From Eledone cirrhosa (lineage: Eukaryota), in contig OZ024753.1 of the NCBI GenBank assembly GCA_964016885.1, positions 3,286,001 through 3,350,000 of the forward strand: a stretch of 64,000 nt of DNA. Direction: 5' to 3'. Position numbers and translations under genes: made by a program. The notes below the pieces were generated by a model. That model did not search any database. It saw only the letters and a list, made by a program, of their open reading frames with translations, and had not been told where the DNA came from. This document shows, piece by piece, positions 15,521-29,135 of this stretch. How positions within the stretch are numbered: the first letter of the stretch is position 1; each line of letters begins with the position of its first letter.

Positions 15521-15841
15521 ATCGTTCTAACATCTGATTTCCCTGCTAGCAAATGTTTCTTTATATATACACACATAATATTCTACTCAATGCAGAATTG
15601 GTATGAATATCTGATGGAAACAGACATTTGTATCAACCCTGTCTTTAACTATTCAAAGAACTAAGGAGTCAGATATATAACGTTGAACAATGAAAACATA
15701 TAAAACGTGGTTTAATTGTTAATTAATCCAATGTTTTATGACCGTTTCAAAGGGAAGATAAACTAAGATATTATCAGTATATTAACTGATTGGTTGCAGT
15801 TATGTAACTTCGGATATTGAAAAAATACATCCATTCTGCTC

Positions 15842-15901
<60 letters not shown>

Positions 15902-15968
15902 ATCATCATTGTTGGTTTATTTTTCTACTTACAGGGGAAATTATATATATATATATATAATTTCTCCA

Positions 15969-16020
<52 letters not shown>

Positions 16021-16635
16021 TATATATATAGAGAGAGTATGGGAGAGGGGATATGGGGAGAAAGTGATAGGGAGAGAGATATAGGGAGAGAGAGAGATGG
16101 AGAGAAACAGATAGGAAGGAGAGGGATAACGATAGATATATGGAGGTTGATTTAGTTTGCCAATGTGCTTGTATGTGTAGTATGTATTTATGGTTGTCAA
16201 TACATTTGAAGATGTCATTACATCCCACTACACAGGCATTTACCTACACACAATGATTGTATATATGTATATATGTATATATATGTGTGCATGTATCTGA
16301 GTGTATGTGTATAAGGGAGAGAAAGAAGAAGTAAAAGCAGTAGAGAGGGAGTAAGGAAAGGGAATGGAAGGGAGAAGCAATTCATTTTCTGGATTGCTTT
16401 CTATTAAATTTATAACATTTCAATTTCTCTTGGTGATTTTAATTTCCTTTTTATTCCAAACGTCTCTTTCCTTTTCTTAAAAGCCTGAAAACAGCTTCCT
16501 TTATCTCTCCAGTTTTTATGAAAGTTTCTATTTCTTTTGACATGCTACAGGGGGAGGATGTGAGATTTTCTTTGATTTTGTTTCATTTGTATATATTTCT
16601 TTTCTTTTCTTTGAATTTGTAATTAATATAGTACT

Positions 16636-16813
16636 TGGTATCAGTAAAGGGTCGGACGCCATGCTTTCCAGCATAGTTACGTCCCTTTACTATCTGAGTT
16701 CAAATCCCACCGAGGTTAACTTTGCCTTTCATCCTTACGGGGTCGATAAAATAAAGTACCAGTAATGCACTGGGTAATTGCTGGCCTTGTGCCAAAAGTA
16801 GAAACAATTATTA
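16636..16813 (+). mobile_element. SINE family B
   Basis: GAGTTCAAATCCCACCGAGGTTAACTTTGCCTTTCATCCTTACGGGGTCGATAAAATAAAGTACCAG. Confidence 0.8.
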
Positions 16814-16939
16814 TGTGAAGGCATGATCATAAGTTTGTGCATTCAATCCCTGCACTGCGCAGTATGTGTTCTTGAGCAAAGTACTTCAGATAATATTACT
16901 TAAATCCAACTATAATTATCATCAGTTTTACATCTACCT

Positions 16940-17360
16940 TTTCAGTACAATATCTTTACTCTTGTTTTTTCTCTTTGTCATCGTCTTTGTGAGTTTCAGT
17001 TTCTTGAGATGAATTTTTACAAACTCTTGAAACCTCCAGTGTTTCTTCACTCAATCCTCATATATAGGCACTGAATATCCATCCAAGTGCAATGTTCTCT
17101 CTTGCATACTAAATCTGATTCTTCTTATGCCCAGTCTTTCTCTTAATTCATCTGTGCTTCATTGTTCATGCACACTAACATTATACACATTACACATCAA
17201 ATGGAGCATGCTAGATTTGTTTCTCTCCATCCTTCACATATCCCCTGCTATCACTGCACATTTATCACTACCATGCAGTATCACACTTCTCATGCAGTTA
17301 TCATAAAACTCTTGGTGCCAACAAAGGTTGAAGATCTGTGAACATTTCCCCACTGTTTTC
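16940..17360 (-). pseudogene. Decayed RTE-clade LINE ORF fragment (region after the RT domain)
   Basis: Minus frame reads FYDNCMRSVILHGSDKCAVIAGDM*RMERNKSSMLHLMCNV..STDELRERLGIRRIRFSMQERTLHLDGY. This resembles the RTE motif LY..CVRS.MLYGSETW...RRLRWFGHV; in-frame stops present. Confidence 0.8.
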
Positions 17361-17398
17361 TGTCTGAAAAAAATAATACCAGTACCACCAGCTGTAGT

Positions 17399-17616
17399 AT
17401 AACCCTTTAGCCTTTAAACTGGCTGTTTCTGGTCGGAATTCTCTCAACTCTTTCTGTTCAAACTGGCCATAACTTACCACTCACATTGATGTTAAGGAAT
17501 TGTTTCTCAAAATAAATGATTTCAAAATCTCAGAAGATTTGATATTATGTAAGATAAATCGTATACCATGAAAATACAATAGTATATATAGAGAAATATA
17601 TATGCTAAAGTGTTAA
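17399..17616. mobile_element. piggyBac-like MITE
   Basis: Ends (A)TAACCCTTTAGC ... GCTAAAGTGTTAA resemble TTAA TSD plus CCC-starting TIRs. Confidence 0.5.
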
Positions 17617-18057
17617 CCTTGCAACAAACTAATCTTGTTCTGTCAGCAATTTAACACTTCATAAAACCAGAATAACCTCTAGCATGATGTGAGACTTTAA
17701 ACATTTTTATAGAGCAGATAATCTGAAAATTCTATCCTCACATCTTCCACTGTTACTATGACTCCCGAGCCCACCCTCATTATTGACCTGATGACCACCA
17801 ACACCATAACTTCTACCACCACCACCACCACCATACTAACATATTTACCAATACTACTATTATACTAACACTACTTTTACTACTACTACTACCATTTTAC
17901 TAATACCACCTCTATCATCCACACTACTGTTACTAACATGATGACCACCAACACTACAACTACTACTCCAATTGTGTACCTGTTTCTCAGTGTCTTTTGA
18001 AGAATGTACAGGAATTAGTTTTAATAAATAAATATATAAAAGACCAAATAGAATAAA

Positions 18058-18230
18058 ATAATTGTTTCTACTTTTGGCACAAAGCCAGTGTATTACTGGT
18101 ACTTTATTTTATCAACCCCGTAAGGATGAAAGGCAAAATTAACCTCGGCGGGATTTGAACTCAGAATGGCAAGGGTCGTAACTCTATGCGTCAAAGCATG
18201 GCGTCCGACCCTCTACCGTACTGCCAATCC
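18058..18230 (-). mobile_element. SINE family B
   Basis: Reverse complement of the 16636 and 35881 copies. Confidence 0.8.
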
Positions 18231-19019
18231 ATCAACAAAATAATATAACTGAATCAATAAGAACAGGCTACCATCAAAACCTCATTTACAATACACAAGA
18301 ACATTGATAATGTGGTTCTGAGTTATGGGTTAATAAATGGCTTTAATGAAGGCCAATAAACATGCAATTTCTACTATAGAACTAACAGAAAGTGATTTCT
18401 TCTCATTGCTGCAAAAACCTGCAGTTAGTGCAGTCATGGGAGCAGATTTTATGGTTTATGGTCTATTTTACATGACTGGTTTACAGAGATGTTTTTGTGG
18501 TTTTTAGTTAATTCTGTGTGTCGTTTTTTTGTTTTGTTTTTGTTTGTCTTTTAGTAGATTGTTTTTTTTTTCATTTTGATCTTTTTAAAAATCTTTTCGA
18601 TTCACCCAATCAATTATTTTCTTTCTTTTCAACTTTTCCCCCTTGCCTTGAAGAATTGAACATCAACTCGTTTATGAATACATTATTCCCTCTGTTTCGT
18701 TGCTCAATGATATTATAATCACCATCATTCTTATCTTCATCAGTAATACTTTAGTAAAAAGTTAGACCTTTAGTGGCAAAATCATAATGCATTTCCATGG
18801 AAACAAGGAAAAAAGTCTGTATCTATCTTTATGCATATATGTAATATATAATACATATACATATATATATATAAAACCATGCTAATCTTGTCTTACAGCC
18901 ACATATATAATGCATGCTTGTTCTTGATAGCAGCAGAGCAGTTTACTTATACATCACGTGTATGGATGCACGCACACACACACATGTATATATAACACAC
19001 CACACGTGTCTATATTTAT

Positions 19020-19054
19020 ATGCACACACACACACACATATATATATATGTATG

Positions 19055-19085
<31 letters not shown>

Positions 19086-19092
19086 ATATATG

Positions 19093-19123
<31 letters not shown>

Positions 19124-19162
19124 GTGTGTGTATATATATATATATATGTGTGTATATATATG

Positions 19163-19197
<35 letters not shown>

Positions 19198-19290
19198 GTG
19201 TGTGTATATATATATATATGTGTGTATATATATGTATATGTGTATATATATATATGTATATATATGTGTGTATATATATGTATATATATG

Positions 19291-19326
<36 letters not shown>

Positions 19327-19372
19327 TGTATATATATGTATATGTATATATATATGTATATATATGTATATG

Positions 19373-19419
<47 letters not shown>

Positions 19420-19444
19420 GTATATATATATGTATATATATATG

Positions 19445-19513
<69 letters not shown>

Positions 19514-19518
19514 ATATG

Positions 19519-19553
<35 letters not shown>

Positions 19554-19645
19554 ATATATATATATATATGTGTATATATATATATGTATGTATATATATG
19601 TATATATATATTTATATATATATGTATATATATATAGATATATAC
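19020..19645. repeat. (TA)n/(TG) microsatellite block
   Basis: Direct inspection. Confidence 0.95.
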
Positions 19646-20554
19646 ACACAACACATATGGGCACACATGCACACCATATACATTAATCATTACTTACTTT
19701 GAGAATAATATTTTGGTTAGCAAATATGAGGAAAATAATATTTCATATTGTTAATAATTTTTTTTTTCTCCTTCATTCTTTCCCTACAGTTCATTTCCTC
19801 TTTTAGGAAAAAGAAATATCACCAAGAGAGAAGATTTCAACATACAACAGCACATCAAATTTTAACATGCTACCTAAGATTAATGATCCAGTGTCTTACC
19901 CGTGTCACTTTAGCATTTTTATTTCTTGTCTTTTATATCAAGTTTCATTTCTGTTTAGTATGTTCTTTTTTCCAATTCACATTAAACTATAAAAAGTCCA
20001 ACAATTTACCCACATTAACATTAGCACGAAAGTAGAAAATTGTGTTTTGTTCTTGCATGTTGTTGTGGTTAAAGCTTCTACAGCTTTACGTGGGTATGTA
20101 GCTACCAAGAAAATTAATTTTCTAAGATTTACTATGTCTCATGGACAATAGTGAATTGTTGGTAAATGAAGCAAACAGCTATGATTCAATTCCCAGTATG
20201 AAGATATTTTTTTTTCATTTTTACTGTTTCATTCTCTTCTATTCTAACATCCATTTTCTTCACACATTATCCAATTGACTATTAAAAGAAAATAACAAAA
20301 CAAAACAAAAAGAAAGTATTTGTATTCCTCCACAAACACATTTCTGAAACATTACTTTAACTTTTAACATCCTGAAATGATTTAGAAGAAAATGTCTAAA
20401 TACGCAGTTATTAATTTAAAAATTTATAGTATCTTTACCAGTGGACAGATCATTGTGAAAATTAGCAGTGACAATTTTAATTTTTAATGAGATGTTTTTG
20501 TGGTGCTGTTTTGTACTTTTCAGAAATTTCTTGCTTATGCAGTTTCATGTGGTA

Positions 20555-20965
20555 CATCATCATCATCATCACCGTTTTACGTCTGTTCTTCCATGCTAGC
20601 ATGGGTTAGATGGGTTGTCCTGTTGTGGGCAGTGTCCAGTCGGCTGGCCTTGTCTTGCTCATACTGGAACTGATTCTGGTTTGATTTCTACAGCTGGATG
20701 CCCTTCCTAACACCAACCTCATTTACAGTGAGTGCTAGGTGCTTTTTTTCCATGGCGCCTACACGTCCACTTTACAGTGTCGGCTGGGTGCTTTTTTGCC
20801 GTGGCACCTCCACAACCACTTTGCAGTCCTATCATCTAATTTCTACAGCTGAATAAACTGGAGCAATGTGAAATAAAGTGTCTTGCTCAAGGAAACAACA
20901 CATCACCCGGTCCGAGAATTGAACTCACAACCTTTCGATTGTTCTAACCACCAAGCCATGCACCT
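20555..20965 (-). mobile_element. SINE family A (long variant)
   Basis: Reverse complement of the 15094 copy; (CAT)n tail. Confidence 0.85.
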
Positions 20966-22089
20966 TACAGCATGTAAGGAGTTATTTCATGCAAATCATA
21001 ATCTGTTATATACTGTCTAAATTCTGTCATGTTTTAATATGTGTATATAAACCTTACACTGAGTAATTATGTTATTCTATAAACTAGAAGTGAAAAGGAA
21101 TATTTTATGTTGTTTTATAGGAAATAAAAGTAAAAATTACATATAATAAATTATCATTGTTATTCATACAATTATATGTTTAATTTCCAAACTGATGGTA
21201 CATGTAATAATGTCGATATATTCTGTATTTGTTTCCATTCCCACTGACCTACTCTGTAAAGGGGGTTAATGACATGCATTATTGATTAATAAGCCAAGGT
21301 TATTTTAACATCAGAATCATTTCCTCCAAGATGGAAATACACAATCAATGAGAGACATAGAATTAATACTGCAGAAGGGTAATTAAATTAGAATTAAAAG
21401 GGACAATAAATCTTCTACAATAAATAAACCTAAATCCCTGCGAAAAATGTTGAGTTTGCTCAAAGAATACAATTCACAATTTTAATACATTATTATTTGG
21501 GGAAAAAAATCCTCCTTATTAACTTTGTATTTGAATGAATTTCCATAATATGTGTTCCAATCGTTCAACCAATAGCACAGCTTGCTCAGGAAACTGACAT
21601 TCATAAGCAGGCTGTTCATGTAAATATTCCAGGGACTTGTACATAACGTAATTTTCAGACAGAATCAGCATAGAAGAACTATCCTTCTCATGCATTGGCA
21701 TGAGAAGGATAGTTCTTTAAATTACCAGTACAATCCATCTGACAAATATCCAAACACACATCCACCTACCTAATTATATTTAAAAGACTTGGGCCGATAC
21801 AGATCTATAGTAAATGACATCTTGCTAAAGTAAAGATACCATGCATTGGAATTGAAACCATGATATTATCATAGCAAAGTGAGGCCATCGCCTGTTTTTA
21901 TATAATAGGTCTAAATATTTTGTATATAAAAATTCAATAATGTTAATTGTGTTTCTTTCTTATTGAGTAAATTTTGAGTTTTAATCATTGAATTTTTATA
22001 CTTTTATGTTACATCTATCAAGTGAAATGTAGAATCACAGATCAGACAAAATTTTAATATTCTAAGATTCAATGGTAATTTATTCTTAC

Positions 22090-22185
22090 GATGTGAAGAT
22101 ATGATACCCATCATCGCCATCAGATAACCTATACCCAACGTAAAAAGAAATCTGCCGATTAATGCTTTTAATGCAAACAATATAC
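22090..22185 (-). CDS. Candidate internal exon (96 nt), unknown gene
   Basis: Acceptor tttcagcag| and donor |GTAAGA; length divisible by 3; two open frames, phase-1 frame hydrophobic (GILFALKALIGRFLFTLGIGYLMAMMGIISSH); CpGs retained in a CpG-poor context. No homology recognised. Confidence 0.3.
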
Positions 22186-22469
22186 CTGCTGAAATATATA
22201 TTAAATTATAGAATGTATAAGCCCTTCAGCAACATTAGCTAACAGCAATTAAAATGATATTTCTTTTCAACAGACAAGTATTGATTCAGCTACATAAATA
22301 AATATGTATTTGATTATAAGTTTAACTATGCATGTAGACTCCTATGTATGCTGTAGGTAATATTTATCATTTAATTTCAGTGTTGGTGTGTGCGTGCATG
22401 CAGACAATATAAATACAGAGGCTACCCCCACACATACATACATATAATTATGTATATATATATGTAAAA

Positions 22470-23682
22470 TATATGTATCATTTATATATATAATTTATAT
22501 ATATATATATATAAAATATATATCATTTATACATATATAATATATATATCTATAAAATATATATATCATTTATACATATATAATATATATATCTATAAAA
22601 TATATATATCATTTATACATATATAATATATATATCTATAAAATATATATATCATTTATACATATATAATATATATATCTATAAAATATATATATCATTT
22701 ATACATATATAATATATATATCTATAAAATATATATATCATTTATACATATATAATATATATATCTATAAAATATATATAATATATATATCTATAAAATA
22801 TATATATCATTTATACATATATATATAATATATATATCTATAAAATATATATATCATTTATACATATATATATAATATATCTATAAAATATATATATCAT
22901 TTATACATATATATATAATATATATATAAAATATATATATCATTTATACATATATATATAAAATATATATATCATTTATACATATATATATAAAATATAT
23001 ATATTATTTATACACATATATGTATCATTTATGCACTTATATATATCATTTATATATATATATAATATATATATATATATCATTTATATATATATATAAT
23101 ATATATATCATTTATAAAAATATATATATATAATATATACATCATTTATAAAAATATATATATATAATATATACATATCATTTATATATATATATAATAT
23201 ATACATATCATTTATATATATATATAATATATACATATCATTTATATATATATATAATATATACATATCATTTATATATATATATAATATATACATATCA
23301 TTTATATATATATATATAATATATACATATCATTTATATATATATATAATATATACATATCATTTATATATATATATATAATATATACATATCATTTATA
23401 TATATATATAATATATACATATCATTTATATATATATATATAATATATATTTCGTTTCTGAATTTGTTTAGCAAGATTCTTTATCTGAAATCGTGTGTTG
23501 AACCCGATATTGTTATACTTTGGGAGGGTCATGTTGCCAATAAGAAACACTGGTGCGTGTGTTTCTTATTGGCAACATGACCCTCCCAAAGTATAACAAT
23601 ATATAATATATACATATCATTTATATATATATATATAATATATACATATCATTTATATATATATATATAATATATACATATC

Positions 23683-23722
<40 letters not shown>

Positions 23723-23745
23723 TATCATTTATATACATATAATAT
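22470..23745. repeat. AT-rich minisatellite array (~40-45-bp then ~30-bp units containing ATCATTTATA)
   Basis: Direct inspection; interrupted at 23450-23602. Confidence 0.9.
23450..23602 (-). mobile_element. Fold-back element inserted in the minisatellite
   Basis: Perfect 44-bp arms 23507-23550 and 23559-23602, 8-nt loop, unpaired extension on the left. Confidence 0.65.
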
Positions 23746-25412
23746 AGTATATATACATATATATGTTCACATGAATATACATGTATAAGCATGCATCTAT
23801 AAACATTATATATATATATATATTACACTAACAAGTTTAAAAGCATAAAATCACAAAAATAAATAAACTGCATGTTGAAAATGAAGTAGAAAATTTGCTT
23901 TGAAATTTTAGACCTCATTAATAAATTTTCTACACTGTTGAATGTCTTATTTCTCCTCCCTGCACACATGTTTGTCTTACTGGAGAAGTTTTTTTACATA
24001 AAATTTTTGTCGAGTGTTTTAGTTAGTTTGTATTTCTATGCTTTTTGTTTTGCATATCTCTCATTTAATTTATTTGATAGGTGACGGCAATATGCATAAT
24101 GTATAGTTTGTGTGTGCGTGTCATTGTGCATATACATGTATGTTTGTACATGTGTTTCTGTACATGTGTGTGTGTGTGTACATATATATATATATATTAC
24201 ATATATATATATGTACATCTCTATATATATATAAATATATATATATATACACACACAAGTGTGTGTGTGTGTATATATATACACACACAACACATACATG
24301 TATATATGAACAAGTGTGTAAGTGTGGGTGTGGGTGTATTAAATGAATTAATTATGTGGGTGGCATGCAGAACTTGCCCATCTATTAGAGTTAAAAGAAG
24401 AAAAAAATAATAAAATTCATAAATAAAACAAAGAATAAAAACAAATATAAATATATAAAACATATATAATAAAAACAAGTGACAAGAGTTGGGGTGAGAA
24501 AGAAATTAACGATTTTTAACACCTGCTGGTATTAACAAAAAAAATTATAATTTAAAAATAAATATATTTATAACTAAAACCTCCAACAACAGCCAATGTT
24601 AATGTGTATGTAGTACCTTCTATTTAATACATTCATGTATTTGTGGATGTTTGTTTTCATAATTCAGGTCAGTGATTAAAGAAGGATCAATGGTTTATGA
24701 AGTGTATGGGAATGTTTTGTAAAAGGGAATGTGTGTGGTGAGATATTATTAGTATAAACGATTAAAAAGAGGAGTATGATTATGTTTGGATATATATATA
24801 TATTACATATATATATATATTACATATATATATATATTACATATATATATATATTACATATATTCTATATATATATATATATATTATATATATATATTAT
24901 AAATATATTACATATATATATATGTAATATATTTATAATATTTATATATAATATATATATATATATATATTTGCATATATATATAAATATATATATATAT
25001 ATATTCTATATATATGGATATGTGTATCTGTGGATATGCACTTGTAATTTGTAATATGTGTTTAGGGATCCATTCAATATGTGTATGCATATTTATTGAC
25101 ATGCTTGTTGATGCATATTTGCCAGTGATGCGTTCATCGTTTGCATGTGCTTGCATGCAAATGTAATACAAGTAGTAGAAGTTGATTCATGTCTTTTATG
25201 TGTATATGTTTTACAGGATCATTTAAAATTAATAAGTGAGGGCTTTAAACTTATTTTATATGTTTTTGGCTATAATTTGACAATTTTCTGAATTTGAGAT
25301 CAAATGACTCCAGATGCATCTTCAATAATTTATAGATGGCAAGCTCACTAGTTGTCTTCAAAATAAGTTGACCATTACATTATTACAACATTGTTGTAAT
25401 AATGTAAACACA

Positions 25413-25608
25413 GTGGACTGGCAGTATCGGTAGAGGGTCAGATGCCATGCTTTGCAGTATAGAATTACTGCCCTTTATGGTACGAGTTCAAATACCACAA
25501 AGGTTAACTTTGCCTTTCATCATGAGGGGGGGAGGGGTCGATAAAATATAGCACCAGTATTGCACTGGAGTAATTGCTTGCCTTGTGCCAAAAGTAAAAA
25601 CAATTATT
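25413..25608 (+). mobile_element. SINE family B
   Basis: Family sequence; flanked by a repeated ATTATTACAACATTGTT (probable TSD). Confidence 0.8.
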
Positions 25609-26092
25609 ACAACATTGTTAGTTCTTTTAGAATAATGCTATGTTGTGAGCAAGAATATATGACCATATCTTTTATTGCTTTACATCTAACATATACTTCT
25701 CTCATTAACTTTTAGCATCTTGTTCGGCATGAAATTGTATAAGATAAGCATACTTATAAAGAGCATTGGGATTACATCATATAAAAAAAATCAGTCTTCA
25801 TTCTAGTATTACAGATTTTTATAACCTCTCACTAGTAAACATGTTATTAACATTTGAATTAACAGACCTAATTTTTTTACATTTTCTGCTAAATTATTAC
25901 ATATATATCAAAGCACAATACTTTTAATCCAAAGGTTACTTCTAATGTATGTTGTGACAAATGTATGCATTTATAACCGATATGTACATATATATACACA
26001 CACCAAAGTGTATATAAATATATACATATTTAATATGGAGGCATGTAAACATGCCAGAGAATACGAATTTCCCTGTAAATTGAAAAATGATA

Positions 26093-26143
26093 AACACCTT
26101 TAAGCGATTTTCAAGTCTAATTGATCCTTCATCAGAAGGCGTT
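26093..26143 (-). ncRNA. Minimal type-I hammerhead ribozyme fold
   Basis: Minus strand AACGCCTT-CTGATGA-AGGATCAATTAGACTT-GAAA-ATCGCT-TA-AAGGTGTT: 8-bp stem I (one G.U), intact core, UUA triplet. Confidence 0.65.
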
Positions 26144-26349
26144 CATATCATCCAAACAGCCACAAGTAAATATGTATTTGGTGGGCTTATATACCCATTA
26201 ATTATTAATATTATTCTGAAATGGGCAAAGTAATTTGTATATAATTAGTATTTGTGTAAGTAATTATTAAAAATATATATTAAGATCGGCGCTAGCAGCC
26301 AATGTGTACAATAAAATTATATCTGTATACATACAGAGTGTTTAATGGA

Positions 26350-26552
26350 GACTTCAGCTACGTGCAGGCCTCCAAGAGAAATTTTGCATCGAACCACAGA
26401 CTATGCAACACCTCCTGGAATGCTCCCTGCTGGAACACCGCTATACAGCATTGAACTTGGCAGAGTTTAATGAGGAAGGACAGCAATATGTAAAACTGTG
26501 GCACGACCACATCTAGCCAAGCTAGACACTCTTGTGAACCCGATGAGAAGAC
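26350..26552 (+). pseudogene. 3' end of a Vingi/Ingi-like non-LTR retrotransposon
   Basis: 26385-26516 reads CIEPQTMQHLLECSLLEHRYTALNLAEFNEEGQQYVKLWHDHI*, matching the C-terminal CCHC-type motif (QTMxHLLxCxLL) of these clades. Confidence 0.7.
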
Positions 26553-27633
26553 TGAAAGTTAATAGATGACACATTTATCACTTAGTGTTGCCAATGGTTA
26601 CAACATTACCTTGTACCACCCATACACCTACATAGAACATATTGTAAAGAATTATTTGAGATTGATGATCTTTAGATATGGACAAAAGACAACAACAATG
26701 AAAGATAAAAACCATCAAATAATCAGTTCTATATCAACAATTCTATTGATACATCCAGCTGTACCTCTCTAGAATTCATAAATGTTTGTAAGGAGCATTA
26801 AATGCAAGTACTTTTTACCCATATTATTTTAGAAGTTAACTAATGGAATGTAAAATAGTTACATAATTAATTTTCCAAAGTAGCCTGCATCATGTGGTGA
26901 TGCAAAATTTTCAAATGCATTATTGGGATAACTTATCCATATTTTTGTTTCATTACACACACATGCACACATATATATATACACACACACACATATATAT
27001 ATATATATATTCACATACATATATATATACATACATATACCCATAAATACAAACACATATATATATACATACACATACATACATACACATACATGCATAC
27101 ATATACATAAATACATACCTATATATATATATAGAGAGAGAGAGAACTCTGTATACACATACATACACATTCACACATACATACATAATCTCTTCAATTT
27201 CAATATTTTCATTTCCATTTTTTTTTTTTTTTTTTTTTAATGCTTTTAATAACATTTTCGTTATGAATTTCAATCTTTGATGCAAACATATTTCAGAAAA
27301 CAAATCTTACATATTCTTTTTCATCAAATTGAGTTACATCAAATATTTGATATATTTCTAAAATAACATTTGAACCACTAGGGCGCAACATGAAGATATT
27401 TCAAAGCATGTCGAATGTAAGCACAATTTATAGATGCTAGTAAAAAAAGGAATATTTCTGAATATCCATCTATTATAAAGTGTTTTCCAGATATTTGTTT
27501 CTTCCTTTTTACTTTTTCATTCTCTTACAATTGATTTAATCAATAACATTTCCTTTCCTTTTTCTCTGCCAATACAGACTACTGGGTTTTGATTTCAAGT
27601 CAAAAACAGAATGGAATGGATGATATTCCCCCA

Positions 27634-28733
27634 ATATATATATATACATATATACATATATATATACACATATATATATACATATGCATATACATATATA
27701 CATATATATATACATATGCATATACATATATACACATACATATATATACACACATATATATATACATATGCATATACATATATACACATACATATATATG
27801 CACATACATATATATACACACATATATATACATATGCATATACATATATACACAAACATATATATACACACATATATATACATGTATAAACAAATATACA
27901 CATACATATATATACATGTATAAACATATATATATACCTATGTATAAACACACATATACACATATATATACATATATACATATATACACATATATACACA
28001 TATATACACATATACACATATATACATATATACACATATATACACATATACACATATATACACATATATACATATATACACATATATACACATATATACA
28101 TATATACACATATATACACATATATACATATATACACATATATACACATATATACATATATACACATATATACACATATATACATATATATACATATATA
28201 CACATATATATATATATATATACATATATACACATATATACACACATATATATATATACATATATATACACATATATATATATATATACATATATATACA
28301 CATATATATATATATATACATATATATACACATATATATATATATATACATATATATACACATATATATATATATATACATATATATACACATATATATA
28401 TATATACATATATATACACATATATATATATATACATATATATACACATATATATATATATACATATATATACACATATATATATATATACATATATATA
28501 CACATATATATATATATATACATATATATACACATATATATATATATATACATATATATACACATATATATATATATACATATATATACACATATATATA
28601 TATATACATATATATACACATATATATATATATATACATATATATACACATATATATATATATACATATATATACACATATATATATATATACATATATA
28701 TACACATATATATATATATACATATATATACAC

Positions 28734-28766
<33 letters not shown>

Positions 28767-28956
28767 TATATATATATATACACATATATATATATATATA
28801 CACACATATATATACATATATATACACATATATATATAGACATATATAGACATATATATATACATGCATGTATATACACATATATATATACACATATATA
28901 CATACATATATAATATATATATATACTCATATATACATACATATACTCATATATAC

Positions 28957-28991
<35 letters not shown>

Positions 28992-29022
28992 TATACATAC
29001 ATATACATATATATATACATGC

Positions 29023-29061
<39 letters not shown>

Positions 29062-29135
29062 TATATACACACACACACATATATATATATATATAAATAT
29101 ACATACATACATATATTTACACATGGATACATATA
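27634..29135. repeat. ~1.5-kb compound (TA)/(CA) microsatellite-minisatellite
   Basis: Direct inspection; source of the 388-435-aa spurious ORFs. Confidence 0.95.

Noticed and set aside
15735-15845. GAAACGGTC on the minus strand next to (TA)n
   Set aside because: No intact CTGANGA with a pairing stem I could be found.
19791-19990. Strong plus-strand acceptor(s) and a minus-strand donor at ~19899
   Set aside because: No convincing matching donor on plus, and the minus-strand exon has stops in all frames.
21519-21701. 60-aa ORF MPMHEKDSS...
   Set aside because: The start lies in a palindrome; no splice signals or recognisable homology.
22470-23745. Regular repeat array resembling CRISPR
   Set aside because: No unique spacers, no cas genes, eukaryotic context; it is an AT-rich minisatellite.
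27589-29104. ORFs of 388-435 aa, and all similar YI/CV/HT/RE-rich ORFs in the track
   Set aside because: They are translations of (TA)n, (TG)n, (CA)n and (GA)n repeats, which lack stop codons in several frames.
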